From Polymyxa betae A26-41 (taxonomy: Eukaryota; Protista; Endomyxa: Phytomyxea): a stretch of 64,000 nt of DNA. A model generated the notes under the pieces. It worked only from the letters and a program-made list of their open reading frames with translations. It was not told the origin of the DNA and ran no database searches. The stretch lies in NCBI GenBank assembly GCA_003693705.1, contig RBZT01000338.1, forward strand, positions 2,637-66,636, in the 5' to 3' direction. Shown piece by piece: positions 12,701 through 25,936 of the stretch; within the stretch, counting starts at the first letter, position 1; every line of letters begins with the position of its first letter. The translations under genes and the position numbers were made by a program.

Positions 12701-14156
12701 TTATGCGGGCAGAAACCCTGCACCACGGACAGCAATAACAATACGACGATGTTCGGAGCTAGGAGTGGGGTGTCTCGGTCGGAACAGTAACACAAGAATG
12801 ATGCATTCGAGTGAATGTGAAACATAAAATATTGCGAATGGTAACGTCATAGTGTTTGGAGACCAGAAACTAGGAGAGAATGCGATCCTTACAGAGCTAC
12901 ATACAATAATGATCATGAATACTCCGATTAATAACACCAATCTGCTCATACGACGAATATATACATTGATGGGGTTGTACGGACTATTAAGAGCCATAGT
13001 ACGGACATACACGGCACTGCTGATGAACTGCACTCCGATCCATAACGTTAACGTGGCGATCACGAACGCATCTACTGTTACCACCCAGGATTGATTGGCG
13101 TAAGTAGCGTAAATCGCAGAGAATGTGATCTCGTTAACGAATAGGAGAATGTACATAGCGATAGAGAAGGAGCGGAACTTCCCAGAGAGACATCGCAGAC
13201 AGACGGACTTTCGTGATGCGAATGAACATTCAATACGGATACGATTCCATACAGATGAGGCCATGACAGTAGCTAGGGTTGTATATCCAATCAGTTGCTG
13301 ATTCATAAGGAGATGTATACGGGCTGGCACTAATGCAGATGAATGATTTCCACCGAGGCCGCGTCCCAATGATATAATCGGACTCACAATCGACATTAAT
13401 AAAAGTCCGTAATGATGATAGGAGAGGCTCTCACTCAAATACCGCAGATATCTACTTCGACCTTCGCTTGTTTCCGTCAAAAATTGTCCGTATTTGGATC
13501 TTAATACAGCCGTATGTTGTAATAGGAATATCCAGGATAATATGGAGGTTATAGCGAAGCAGATACACGGAATATAACGCATAAATACCTGAAATTGCCA
13601 TGAGGCAAATGTATCAATCCACGGGTTCGGGTCCGGGGATAATGTCGCATGAAGGCGGAGCCCTTCGGACTTCACCAAGGCCGCAATCATGTCCGGGTCC
13701 GAGAACATCTGTACGAATACGATGTGGTCATAGACAGCATGTCCGTCATGCATGTAGCGGAATACACCGCCGGGGTTATGCCAGCCCAACACTACGGGCG
13801 AATCAGTCCGCGAGCTGACGAAACCCTAAAACCCTAACATAGCACTCACTCAGCAGACCGGCGACGCCCCGAGACGCGAATGCGTCGTACTGCCGCTCGT
13901 AGCTGCAGGCGCCCGATTTGATGAGTGCCAGTCGGCCAGCAACATCCACGTTACCGGGATTACAGGAGTCCGTGTCGGGCAAGTAGACGAACTCCCCCGT
14001 CACGGTTACGTTACTCTGCGGACCCAGGAACATCGTCGTCGGCACACTGACATAAGTGATATTCTCCAGAGGTCCGTCTAAGAACGTCAGACTGGGATGG
14101 GCCAGCTCGACCATCCCCATCAGGATCATGATGAGATAGGTCGTGTTACGATACAT
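12701..14156 (-). CDS. PA (protease-associated) domain plus multi-pass (~7TM) membrane protein, receptor-like
   Basis: Two exons, intron 13792-13849; N-terminal hydrophobic leader; PA motif VAGRLALIKSGACSYERQYDAFASRGVAGLL; several C-terminal hydrophobic helices. Confidence 0.75.
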
Positions 14157-15754
14157 GACGATGAAGGCATTGATAGCGCGCCCCTCCCAGATCGATCAAT
14201 GTGTACTAGAATATCGCAATGTATAAAATCGCTTTCCCGAGGACAATGACACGGTGAAGCGTCGTCTCGTATCGTAATGTGAAATCTGTTCATTGAGCAG
14301 TCAGAGGTAACATCAGCAGTGTATTTGTATGATGGAATCTCTGTATGAACCCCGTACCAGGTCATCGGAAGATTTTCAACCAAAATTTTTCGAAAAATCA
14401 ATTTGATCACTCATGTCCGGATATTATAGGAGCACATCCTTATCACCTGATTCCGAACGAAGCAAGTTCTAAGCCATAAGCATATAGCTGTTTATAAGAG
14501 CTCTTACAGCCCCTCGACAAAGAATATTATAGAAACTTGAATACAAAGCTACTCGATCCATACTAGCATTTATAGACTGTTTTTCTTGATGTCGGAAGGT
14601 GACAACGCTCCAGAACAATTTAATTCAATGTTTAATCAGGCATCTGATTTTGCCCAATATGCACAGCTAGATGTATTACGATGATGAATCCCAGCATACA
14701 TTTTTTTCAAAACTTAGGCCATGATACATGATCACACCATGCTCGAACAAATTCGTCCAGAGCAAAGTTGACAGACAGACATCTGCACATTGGATTGACA
14801 GTCTTGCTCAGAATGTGAAGTTCATTGTCATTGCTTGTAACATATCTGTTGGATATTCGGGTGACAATTGGTGGAAGTAACATGAACTGGAGGGTTGAAC
14901 CGATACATGATAAAGAGATCCATGATAATCGGTGAAGTCGATATTAATCATGAAATTGTCAAAGAGCGTATTGCAGCTTAATATTCTTCAGCGTCTCTTC
15001 TTGCCAATATTAATAGCAAACTTGATCCAATACCAAGAAGTTTCACATCTTTTCATAACGACAGATTCTCGAACAAAGCATGACTAGTAACAGATATTGC
15101 AATACAGATTGTTGAGTCCTAACCAGCGCCTTGAAAGGCGCCAAACACCTTGGACGAATATTGATCGAGTACATAATGATATGATCATCTGCTTGATGTC
15201 GATAGTACGGCCCCTGATCGCAGGTACACAACAAGTTCAGGCGCCATTGCCATTGACACACCTCATTACCAGCCGCACAAGGAAAGCTTCAGATATTTCC
15301 AATCTGGATGAAGATTTCGTCAAAATTTATCAACAACGAGTTTATTTCGATTAAAGTTTCGGATTCTCACATACTCACTCTGTTACGAGATTCCGCTGAA
15401 TATTCATTAAATTGTAAAGTTGCAGCTCTCGAATGTCATTATATTGAATGGGGTCTATTCTCCAGGGCTGAACAGCCCTAATCTGTGAGTGCTCAATGCA
15501 GATATCAAGATCATGTTGGGGAAGCCCATCAATAGCAGGTGATGGAAAGGCCGAGGACGTAGCGATGTTCGAGCTGAAGCTACAAAAGCGACCAAATCTG
15601 CCATTAACAGTCAGATCGGTTGATAGCTCACGCACATCCTCTTAGCAAGCTTACGGGGAAACCCTAACCCTAAACATCTAATGAGCCGTTTGTTAAGGGC
15701 AAAGGGGGAAGTGATCGTAAGATTTTGTGAAAGTTTATTTAATCTTCGAATGCA

Positions 15755-16918
15755 TTAGTTAATCGATCCTTGTAACTTGGAACGTATCTTGCGGCGTCGT
15801 TCACTGAGATTGGCGATACGAAGTTGAAGGAGATCCTCATTGGACATTGCACCAGCTGGTGTTGATTTCAATAGATCCGAGGAGGCCGCATTCCGAGCAT
15901 TTCGGGCTTGACGAATCGAGGTCAGAGCTGTACGAGTTCTGGGTTTCGGAGTTTCCTCATCAGAACAGTCCTCCTCCGCCTTAATGGCGCTCGACCACGG
16001 AGATGGCCGAGCTTTGATTGCAGCTTTGGATGGTTTCTGCTTCACGGAGTCTGTAGTGAAAGGTTTTAGGGTTGATCGTGGCGGCGTATAAGTTGAATAA
16101 GCCCGTGGGGATGGTTTCACTTCAGCCGGAGTTCCGCTGATAACAGTCAGAGCAGGTTTCGGAGTTGATTCGCTTTCCGATACGGAGACTTCGGACTCGG
16201 ATTCGGCCTGCGGCGGCTCCTCTTCGGCCTCAAGTTCAGGTTCCTCTTCTTCAGGTTCTTCAGAGGTCTCCGATTGTTCACCATCTTCAGATTGTTCTGG
16301 ATCATGCTCTGGTTCCTCCTCGCACTCCGATTCGGAGTCCTGCTCAGCAGGTTCCGCAGATGGGATCGGTTTCGGTAATACCGGACTCGGTGGAGTTCCG
16401 GGTTTCTTCACCAATGGTGCAGTTGTAGGGATTAAGTCCGTATCTGGAGCTGTTGTCTCATGGACATAGCTCGAGTACGTGGTCGTCGTATTCATCGACG
16501 GACTTTCGGATTTTCGTGCGGATACCGCAGAATGTGCCGGAGTTACTGGTGCCGGGGTTGACTTTCGCAATGTTGAAGCACTCGAGTCCGGAGCAACCTC
16601 TTCATCAGTCATGGATTTGACCATAGTGCGTGGGAAGTACGTCCGTGATGAAGGAGTGGCAGAGGAGTCCGCAGATTCCTGATCAGCAGATGGGATGCCC
16701 GCAGATTCGGACTTTTGATCACGGTAGGAAGAGCTGCCAGCGAGGTTGAACTGTACGACCCGAGTATTGGTGCGAGTTGGGGTCGGATTTGGGGTCTGTC
16801 CAGGTTCGTTCAGCAATACGGACATGTCGTTGATGGTATCAGTAAGGCCCGCAGAATTCGAATCAGATTCCATCGCCAGAACTGCCACTATCACAATGTT
16901 AACGAAGGTCAAAATCAT
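15755..16918 (-). CDS. Putative secreted Ser/Thr/Pro/Glu-rich low-complexity protein
   Basis: Intronless ORF; leader MILTFVNIVIVAVLA; acidic EEEPE tract; basic C-terminus. Confidence 0.7.
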   Translation of the reverse strand: MILTFVNIVIVAVLAMESDSNSAGLTDTINDMSVLLNEPGQTPNPTPTRTNTRVVQFNLAGSSSYRDQKSESAGIPSADQESADSSATPSSRTYFPRTMVKSMTDEEVAPDSSASTLRKSTPAPVTPAHSAVSARKSESPSMNTTTTYSSYVHETTAPDTDLIPTTAPLVKKPGTPPSPVLPKPIPSAEPAEQDSESECEEEPEHDPEQSEDGEQSETSEEPEEEEPELEAEEEPPQAESESEVSVSESESTPKPALTVISGTPAEVKPSPRAYSTYTPPRSTLKPFTTDSVKQKPSKAAIKARPSPWSSAIKAEEDCSDEETPKPRTRTALTSIRQARNARNAASSDLLKSTPAGAMSNEDLLQLRIANLSERRRKIRSKLQGSIN

Positions 16919-17166
16919 GAAACGAAATCGTAAGAATCGAAACAGCACTGAGAAGGCTGTCAAAGCTGTGAGAGGAATATTGCAAAAGATTTATAGACAA
17001 AACAGAAGACAAAGATGAGTTTTAGCAAAGGATTCATCTGAGAAAAGTTCAATCTTCCTGGAAATGCAAAAGTTCATTAAATTACAAAAATGCAACAAAT
17101 GAAAAAAAAGAACAAAAACAACAAAAATGTGAAGTTTGAAATAAGTCGAAGAATGTATATGATGTG

Positions 17167-20100
17167 TTACATACATTCAGCCAATTCATCACCATCAAAT
17201 GGAGCTGGAGTCTCTTCAATGAGGACGGATTCGTCATCAGCTTCTTCTACAGCAACTGCATCATCACCTGATCACATTTTCAATTTGCAATACAACAAGT
17301 CTCAGCACGTGACGTACTGGAGCGACCCCGAGGGGCGTACACGCCCGATGTGGTTCTAGCCGGTTGGCGCCCGTTACTTGTTGCGTCCAGCGATCCTGAA
17401 AACTCTATCAATGAAATAAGATACAAAATGGAATAATTCGTACCAGAAGCTCTGGTGAGCTTCTTTGAAGACGGTGTCGACAGCGATCGTCGCGGACCAT
17501 GTTCAGCGTCCACATCCTCAGAATCGACTTCGGTATCATCGGTTGTTGCTGGAGCAGAGGTTGGTGCTGGGGCGGTTGTTGAGGCCGGGGTTGGGGCCGA
17601 TATAGGGACCGATACGAATGGATTACGCAGGAATTCCGCCATAGATTGTGATGGAATCAGATAGTCAGACTGGTTCTGTTTCACATCAGACAGTGGCGGA
17701 GTAGCAGGCGATCCTTCGGTAGAATTCGAATCCGCAGTCTGGACTGGAACTGAGGTATTATTATACACGCCGGACTTGGAGACATTCGGTGCCAGATTCT
17801 GCACGGAGTTGCTCTGTTCGTCAGACGCTATAAAATTTGAATGAGTCGCAGCCCTACAAAGACCTTAAACGAATCTTACCGGATAGGATCTGTTCAGCCT
17901 GTTTTTGAGCTTTGGAATCTTTGCTGATTCTGGGACTGTATTCGGAGGTGGAGTTGGAGGAGGCGGATTTATACACATTTGTGGACCGAGATGGAGCCCG
18001 TACAGGTTTAGCAGTGTTAGATGATGGGCTCATAGGCGACCATTCTGTAACATATTCATCAACAGACTTCTCTTGAACTGAATCAGAAGGTTTTGGAGTA
18101 GAAATGGGCTCAGATGATGCTGCAGTGGTATTAGTAGGCTCTATCACTGCAAATTTCGGCAGCGGGAGAGGTGATGGAGTAGACGGCTGTGTTGTGGGTT
18201 CCGGAGTCCGAGGAGACGGCTGCGGTGTCGGCTTTGGAGTTGGTTGCGGCGTAGGTTTCGGAGTTGGCCGTGGGGTAGGCTTTGGAGTTGGCAGCGGAGT
18301 TGGTCGCGGCGTAGGTTTCGGAGTTGGCCGTGGGGTAGGCATCGGCGTAGGCCTTGGAGTTGGTTGCGGCGTAGCCTTTGGAGTTGGTTGCGGCGTTGGT
18401 TGCGGCGTAGACTTCGGAGATGGCTTCAGGGTTGGCCGCTGTGAAGGCATTGAAGTATGCTTAAGAGTCTTCGGAGAAGGTTGCGGACTTGGCTGTGATT
18501 TCTGAGATGAATCCGAACTCGAATCCGCATTCGAATAGTTCTTGTAGCTCTGCGCTGCAGAATCACCAATTGAAGCCTCTTTATCGGAGTGTTCAGAAGC
18601 CGAGGCAGGCTGAGAGGTAGGCGGTATAACATAGGGAGGTGATGTCGACGGCCCTGAAGTGTTTGACGTCGCGTATGGCAATGAAGACGTCAAAGGAGGG
18701 GACGCCTTCCTGGATTTGGCCTTATTGGCGGCCTTCTTCGGTCGTGAGACAGGTTTCCAGGTTGGTTTTGTTGCAGAAGTTGGAGCTGGTGTCGGCATAG
18801 GCGATGGTGTTGCCGACCACGGACTTAACCTCGATCTAGACTCAGAAGATTGCTCATGTGGCGCACTCTCCGAATTCTCTCTTGAAGATGACGACGATTT
18901 CTTTTCAGAAGATCCTTCGGACGATTTCCCTTCAGAAGATACCTCCGGCGATTTCTGTTGTGACCTTTCTGATGATTTATGTTCGGAGGACTCCATAGAA
19001 GACTTCTGCTTGGAAGATGATTCCGGAGATTTGTGTTTCAATGGAGATTTAGCGGGAGATTTCGGCGAAGGAGGTTTCGTTGGCTTCAACATCTTGCCTG
19101 GTCCAAGAGGTAATGCCGGAGCCATTGCTGGGATTGTGACTGGTACGACCGGGGGGGACACGGCTGGTTCTGCGATCTGATGGAGTCGCTGTAGAGGGTC
19201 TGCTGGTTGTCGTGGTGCAGCCCCAGATAATGGCATATAAGGTGGTGGCATTATAGTCATTAGAGGTACTGGTGGAGGTAATGTGATCGGACGAACTGGC
19301 ATTGACATACTGGGAGTCAGAGGGACATTTCCTGCCTGTAGAACTGTTTTAATAAACTGGAATAAAACATCAATAGAAACAAAGTCAATGATTATAAAGT
19401 TTGGAAAAAATGCATAAAAAGTCTTAATGCGAGAAGCCGTCCAAAGAAAAGTGAAAAACCCCGAAGCTGCCAGAAAATAGATTTAAACTGGTTATGCTGT
19501 AAAAAAGTTTAAACTTTTTCGATTTGAGAGAAGTGCAAAACGGAGAAATCAACTGCGAGAGCTTACAGCGGACGGAGCTGCAGGGCCTGTTGGGGTGGGA
19601 TTCGATCTTTGATCCGGAACAGGTCCAGCAAGTTTCGGCGTTTCGGGCTGCTTGCGATCCGTGTTGGGTTGCTTGGGCTTAATGGGAGATGATGCCGAAG
19701 GACTGGTAGGAGTACCGACCTTTATTGATCGTCGTGGATTTGGTGACGGATTGGTCGGGCCTGCAGATTTGGTCGCAGGTGATGGCTGTCCAGATTTAGA
19801 TGGGATTATGGGCTCTGAGTCCGTCTTATCATCCGGTGATGGAGAATCACTGGATTTGGGCCGAACATCAGGTCCGTTCAGAGACGGCGAAGTATCAGAT
19901 TTCGAAGCAATTGTCGACAGCGGATCTCCAGGTGATTTCGGAGTTCGAGGCGTATCATTGGACTTCGTAGGAGATGGGACAGAAATCGGCCTTTTAGAAT
20001 TCGGGGTCGAGTTTGGCGAATTTGAAGTCGGTGTCGGGCTGCTTGATTTTGGGGCTGGATTGATAGGAAAGGCAGGAGGGCCGCTTCTCGGATTGGCAGC

Positions 20101-20853
20101 GGGAGATGGGGCTCCGGACCTGGGTGATCGAGCCGCTGGCGGCGAACTTGGTTTTGGTGAAAGCGACGCTTTCGGAGCTGGAGTGGAATCGACGGGAGTC
20201 GGCGCATTGCCGTTATCCGAAGCTGGGGTCGTGGGGTCCTTCTTGGGGCCTCTCGGATCCATATTACTCGCTTTCACAGGGGCCTTTGGATTCAAGTTAG
20301 GAGCCTTCGGATCCTCAGTAGGCGCCTTCGAATCCTTATTAGGAGCTTTCGGATCCATATTTGGATCCCTATTCGGATCCCTATTAGGAGCCTTCGAATC
20401 CTTATTAGGGACTTTCGGATCCTTTGTTGGAGCCTTTGGATCCTTATTAGGGGCTTTTGGATCCAGATTAGGAGCCTTTGGATCCTTATTAGGGGCTTTC
20501 GGATCCATATCAGAGGCTTTTGGATTCATATTAGGGGCTTTTGGATCCATATTAGGAGCCTTGGGATCCATATTAGGAGCTCTCGGATTCATATCCGGAG
20601 ATTTGGGATCCATTGCTGGTGCAGTAAAATTGGGCGGACATGGTGTTAATGATATCGCGCGATGCATATCAGTATGACCCATAGTAAATGGATTGGAATC
20701 CAACAGATGTCCAGGAATACTGACCTCATGGTCCTCATACGAATCCATCATATGATGTTTCGTATCAATCGATTCGATAGTTAACCAGGATTGGGCGGTG
20801 CCACATACCACCAATAACGTTACCAGATATAGGTGCGACCTGTACGACCGCAT
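17167..20853 (-). CDS. Large (~1,100 aa) five-exon secreted mucin/extensin-like protein
   Basis: Leader [22 protein letters not shown]; in-phase splices 19567/19335 and 17880/17827 plus two further short introns; ends ...DGDELAECM*. Confidence 0.75.
18218..18420 (-). repeat. 12-bp coding tandem repeat ([12 protein letters not shown])
   Basis: Visible in DNA and in ORF 17854-19308. Confidence 0.9.
20270..20612 (-). repeat. 21-bp coding tandem repeat ((M/K/L)DPKAPN heptads)
   Basis: About 15 heptad units in ORF 19549-20853. Confidence 0.9.
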
Positions 20854-22753
20854 CTTGGTTCGGGGGTGTGATAGAATACTTTAGATCAGGGACGGACGAC
20901 GCCCCCTGTAATAATAACAATGATATTATATAGGATAGACAATATAGATAACGAAACTGAACCATGTCGACTGTCACGTGGATGAGTCAACGGTCATTGA
21001 CTGTAACGTTATTCATGACTCATCCGACCATCACTATTGGTAGGTAAAGTGAGACTGTGATGATCTTTGTTATTTGGTGTCGCAAGGTTTCCAAATAGAC
21101 ATGTGCTGTATTCTCCACTCCACCCTGTTTGCATCTTTATGGTGCCCGATCCTATTTTTTTAACAAATCGGATATTTTTCGAAGATTTTTCAGCCTATGC
21201 CGTCAACCCGCATCAAGTCATTTTTTGAGATTAGTCTTCATCAAAGAATAAATTGTCTAAAAATCCGCCTTTGCATATTGTTGGAATTGCCAGTAAAATG
21301 GTTTACTGAATGTCTTAACATATTCCATATGTCAGTTTTAGATGATTCTATTTGTCTGGTCATAACCCTAACCCCAACCTATTGCAGAAATATTTTACAG
21401 AGGCTGCCTTATGGCAGCAAAGACCGAAATTTCATTTTGGTAACAAACTTCAATTTCTGAGAACAACTTCATTTTGAAAGGAGCAAATTAACAAAGATCA
21501 CATTGTATCGGTTTATAGCATGTTATAAAGTTATAATCGCTGAATAGGTGCATGTTTATCTATGTATTAGCTCTGTTCTAGTGAATCTTCCACTGAGTCG
21601 CTACCTAATCGTTGGCTATTTGTAACTATCGATCCTGTTATTTGTGCTTAGGATTTTCAACACTTACGGAATACAATCGTTGATAGAAGTGGCGACAGCT
21701 GCCAACTTCTGCATAAAATTATACTGAGTGAGGTCAGTCGCAGTTTAGAGATGCGTGAGCGCGGGCGCCGGTGCGAAGGCGAAATTTTGGGCGAGGTGCA
21801 TTCGGGTGCGTGTGGATTTTGGGAAACGCAGTTCAAACATCGGGCGGATTTGGGGATCGACGAAATGGTGGCGTTGCGGGACTTCCAAGCTCCCATCGGT
21901 TTTCTGAGACATTCAACCAACTCAACTTGAGAAAGTATGTAACCTCCTTGATAAAATGTAATCGAAATTGTAAAATTCTACGTTTATTTCCCATGGGCTG
22001 ATCAAATTTTAAATTGATTTATAACTTGTTTTGAGCCATCGTGGTTTAGTGGGCTGGATGTTATAATGTTAACGGATGTTGATTACATTTATAATGGGTT
22101 GAATGTATCTATTGTTGCATTATGGATGTAGAGTTTATTTAATTCCCAGAATTTTAGGTCATGTGATTGCATTTTTCGTAAATTTCTTGTTTTCTAATAA
22201 ACCCATTTTTTAATTTCAACCATTTATATGTTAGGAATGTGGTAGACATGAAATTCAGCTCTACGTATTGATTGAGCTATGCCACCTTAAACTGCTATGA
22301 AGTGACCGACCGACTATATCTCTGGCAATTGCAACTATACGGCCATGATCCATATTGAAAATGTCGTCGGAGGTTTAGGGGGCAATCGGCGCTCCAGTAT
22401 GAGATTGCGCATCTGTTGTTCATTCGTGACATCACCTAACACTTGCCAATATTGTTACAAGTTACAATTTGCACTAATACAGTACTTTTCAGTTGACAGA
22501 ACATTCAAATACAAAGACGCTGTTTGGAGACTTTTATGGATTTTAAAAGAATCGTGAAAGGCATTCCAGTAGTGTAGTTTGTCAGAAGGCAACACTCGAT
22601 GGGAAAACAGGCAGGAACTTTGCATGTTTTAATGCAAATTGAGGGCGCTGTTTGGAGAATTGTTATATAGAAGGAGAAACCGTAAAATTCCATATTATGT
22701 TACAGTATATTATAGAAGGACAGACTGATTGGCATCACCTCGAATAAATAAGC

Positions 22754-23235
22754 CTAGAAACAGCAATCGCAATCGAATGGACATAGGGAAGTACCACCAC
22801 CCTCTCCGATTCTTAACTCTTCAGCTGTATAGAGGCGCAATCCGTCGATGGTCCGGTACGTCTGTTGAGCGGCCGCCCCTTGCCGGCTCAGGCCCAGGTC
22901 GTCGTCCATCGGAGCCGCTTGCCTGGCCTACAGCACGTCAAATGAGCGGTGTTCACAGACAGGTATCATAACGGAAACGTAAAAGACTGTCAAGCAATGT
23001 AAGCTCGGCGTACCCAGATCACGGGACCGTCGCTCTCCTTCTTCTTCGCAGCGGCGACCTGCGCCTTCGCCGTCTTAATATTCTGGAAAATGTCATCGAT
23101 ATCGGCCGTACTGGCCCGCGACTGGGACTGGGTGCTGGGCGGCGCGGCCTTCTTCGTGTTGCCTTTGGCGGACGTGACCGTGGTCTTCTTTGTGATCGAC
23201 GGCCGCGGGCTCGAAGACGTCGCCTTGAGCGCCAT
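22754..23235 (-). CDS. DUF1764 family protein (two exons)
   Basis: Intron 22928-23013; spliced product has IDDIF and the family C-terminus DGLRLYTAEELRIGEGGGTSLCPFDCDCCF*. Confidence 0.9.
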
Positions 23236-23322
23236 CTCCTTCGCGTTCGTTCGGAGTCGAGCGAGGCCGGCCGTCTGACCGACTGGCGCAGTTTCTTGCG
23301 AAACCCTAGACCCTAGACCCAT
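23236..23322. promoter_or_regulatory. 87-bp divergent (bidirectional) promoter with telo-box-like AAACCCTAGACCCTAG
   Basis: Head-to-head ATGs at 23235(-) and 23323(+); motif at ~23301-23316. Confidence 0.5.
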
Positions 23323-24480
23323 ATGGACTTGGAGCTGACCTGCATCACGCTCCCGCCCAGATATAACGACCCCGGCAGCGCCGATCTCATCGTCCAAGTG
23401 AATGACTGCACGTTTCATCTTCACCGTCACGTGATGGCGGCGTTCTGTAACGATATCCCACAGGGACAACTCCGATTCAACGTTACTCCCAGTGTCAATC
23501 CCGTACACGGCTTCGACCTATTCTGTCAGACTGTGTACGGTATGACGCAGCTGAATCGACTCAACACCGATCAGCTGTTTGCGCTGGTTTTCATTGCCGA
23601 TGCGTTACAGTCCCGGGCCGTACTGGCTATTTGCGATGCGGCTCTGTACGAAGTCGGATTCCGATCGAAGACGTGGATTAGCAGCCTGCAATTCGCTCGC
23701 AGATATAACCTGCAGAAAACATTACAAATGATCGTTCAGGTTGGTGATTACGTTGGAATGAAATATTATATGATGATTTCATACTTTCTGCTCTTGGATG
23801 ATCTCATCAACAACAATGGCTTTTTCAAGATTGTGAAGTTTCACCTCTCACTATCAATGTTATAGGAGAATCTTGACGAGTTGATCTCTATACAACCGTT
23901 ACTACTCGATGACCTGCCTGTTCATCAATTTCACCATCTTTTGTCCACAATTCGTTCGCCATTCTTACCTAAAGTTCGTCTCATACTGAACTACTGCAGT
24001 CAACAGCAGGTTCCATTGCACGAGTGCAGAAATATCACAATTAAAGGTGACCTTCTCATCGCTGCTTTCGACACCCTCATCATGACTGTTGACGGCGACG
24101 AGGCCGATAAACAAGCAATAACCATCGGTCTGGAAGTTGCCAATAGAATAGTTCTGATTGGTGATGATGAGCGAATGCGAGGACCATGTCTCCTATATCG
24201 TATTATAGCTGAACGTGCCCTCAAACTGTCTTGACACGATCGGAAGAACTTCCGGACGGTTTAGCCTGATTTCATCAATATGATTTCGAAGTATGGAAGT
24301 ACAGTTAATAAACGTTATATTATATAGAGATAGATACATAGATACATCGTCAATCAGATTCGATATAGATCAAGAACCCAGATTGAACGTAATAATCACT
24401 GAATTAAGCACATGGCGGATTTGGGACGGATCCATGTTGATAACCGTTCCATCATCCCTATTGAAGGCAATCCCGATTTG
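23323..24480 (+). CDS. BTB/POZ domain protein, multi-exon (3' end uncertain)
   Basis: YNDPGSADLIVQVNDCTFHLHRHVMAAFC BTB signature; intron ~23740-23865. Confidence 0.75.
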
Positions 24481-24553
24481 ATATCGTCTTCACAACCATG
24501 GGAGGGACGCTCCAGAATCGTCATATCCACTTTCGTACCTACATAACAAGCAA

Positions 24554-25453
24554 TCACCGTGATATTTCAAGAAGAGATTTACAAAGAAAAGAAGTGACTG
24601 TTAGATCAGAAACATTTGCAAAAGATTGGGAAATACCTTCACTTTGTTGTGCAGAATCTATAGAAGGCACCTCACATTCTATAGATAAACTGGATGATAA
24701 CATAGGCGTTACTATTCGCCTTCTCTTAGATATTCGGTGCGTCTCGCTATCACTGGACAGCAGCATATCAGCTTCAGCAGCTGGCGATGAGGCAGTCTCT
24801 TGATCGTCAGAATGATCGCCACCCTCATCGCAGTCTGAATGAGCCGGTATCGCTGTTCGATTACGTCGATAGTAGACCATGACGGAGCGATTCGTATACA
24901 GACGCCGATCGCCAAATCGCTGCCTCATGAGGTTGGCGATCGCCACCCAATCATTGCCATAAATTGATACTAACGAGATCAGGTGCAACTTCTCGTCGTT
25001 CGACCAGACATGGCAGCGGCGGCTCGGTCGAAGCGCGGCCCCTTCGGACACCGAAATCGTTTCGGGCCGCGCCAGGCCAGTAGCGGGCGTACTGGTCGTC
25101 AGCTGCTGCTGCTGCCTCGACCGCTCTTCGATTAGATCCGACAGCGAACGCGGTCCAGTGCGGCTTTGCATCGGGGGGCTGGTGGTGGTCGTGGTGGCGC
25201 CATCGGATTCGCCCGTGGACGTACTGCCCCCCCGGGGTGACTGCACGGGTTGCTGATCGTCCCGGAAGCGTTGGACGATGTCGTAGGCCAGACGCAGGGA
25301 GGCGTCGCGCAGCGCGACGTCGTACTGGCCCGCGCCAGGTTCTGGTGAGAGGCCGAACGTCATGGAGATGTTAGTTGCAACGAAGGTGGTGGTGGACCCG
25401 TTCATGGGCGGGTATGACCGGCAGTCCTGAGAAGGGATCTCCGGGTCAGTCAC
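24554..25453 (-). CDS. Myb/SANT-like domain protein (start uncertain)
   Basis: WSNDEKLHLISLVSIYGNDWVAIANLMRQ...YTNRSVMVYY Myb pattern; NLS-like KRRR. Confidence 0.75.
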   Translation of the reverse strand: MTDPEIPSQDCRSYPPMNGSTTTFVATNISMTFGLSPEPGAGQYDVALRDASLRLAYDIVQRFRDDQQPVQSPRGGSTSTGESDGATTTTTSPPMQSRTGPRSLSDLIEERSRQQQQLTTSTPATGLARPETISVSEGAALRPSRRCHVWSNDEKLHLISLVSIYGNDWVAIANLMRQRFGDRRLYTNRSVMVYYRRNRTAIPAHSDCDEGGDHSDDQETASSPAAEADMLLSSDSETHRISKRRRIVTPMLSSSLSIECEVPSIDSAQQSEGISQSFANVSDLTVTSFLCKSLLEISR

Positions 25454-25936
25454 GGCATCCGGACGGACGGGTCCGTAGTGATGATGGGAAATAGGGTTTT
25501 GAACATGAAAGGAAACGGGAAAAATGCGCGATCAAATCGTCGAACAAAACCTCCGGAATATCAGTCAAATACGACCTGATATTCCGGAAGAACATCACAG
25601 CAGAATATTGACGAAACCGTAACAACATTGAAGAGATCGATGAGGTGATTTTGTAAATCAGAGCTAAACCTCCAACTGATTTGCAAACGAATAATGTCAC
25701 ATGACAATGCTTTTCTTTTCATATAGCATTATGTTTTTGAGACAAAGTAGTCAAACAGCGACCACGGCTTTGATAGAATACGACGAATGTGAAAAACAGC
25801 AATAGTGGGAATTTACAGCATTATTGGAAAACTTTGTAAATTTCAATATACAATTCAAAAATATTCGGATAACAGCCGTATAAATTCAGGTCCAGAGAAA
25901 GAAAAGAAACAGAAACCAGGAAATAGAGAGATGTTA

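Noticed and set aside
20270-20612. HMG-box similarity of KDPKAP
   Set aside because: Low-complexity heptad repeat with no HMG helices following
19652-20677. Long plus-strand ORFs (also 16165-17018 and 18104-19180)
   Set aside because: Antisense shadows of Pro/Ser-rich repeat coding sequence on the minus strand
22990-23508. 172-aa ORF as supplied
   Set aside because: Its 5' half is antisense to the BTB gene; the real start is 23235 and the gene is spliced
24498-24803. Overlapping convergent gene opposite the Myb ORF
   Set aside because: No motif; most simply an antisense shadow. The BTB gene's 3' end could not be shown to extend here
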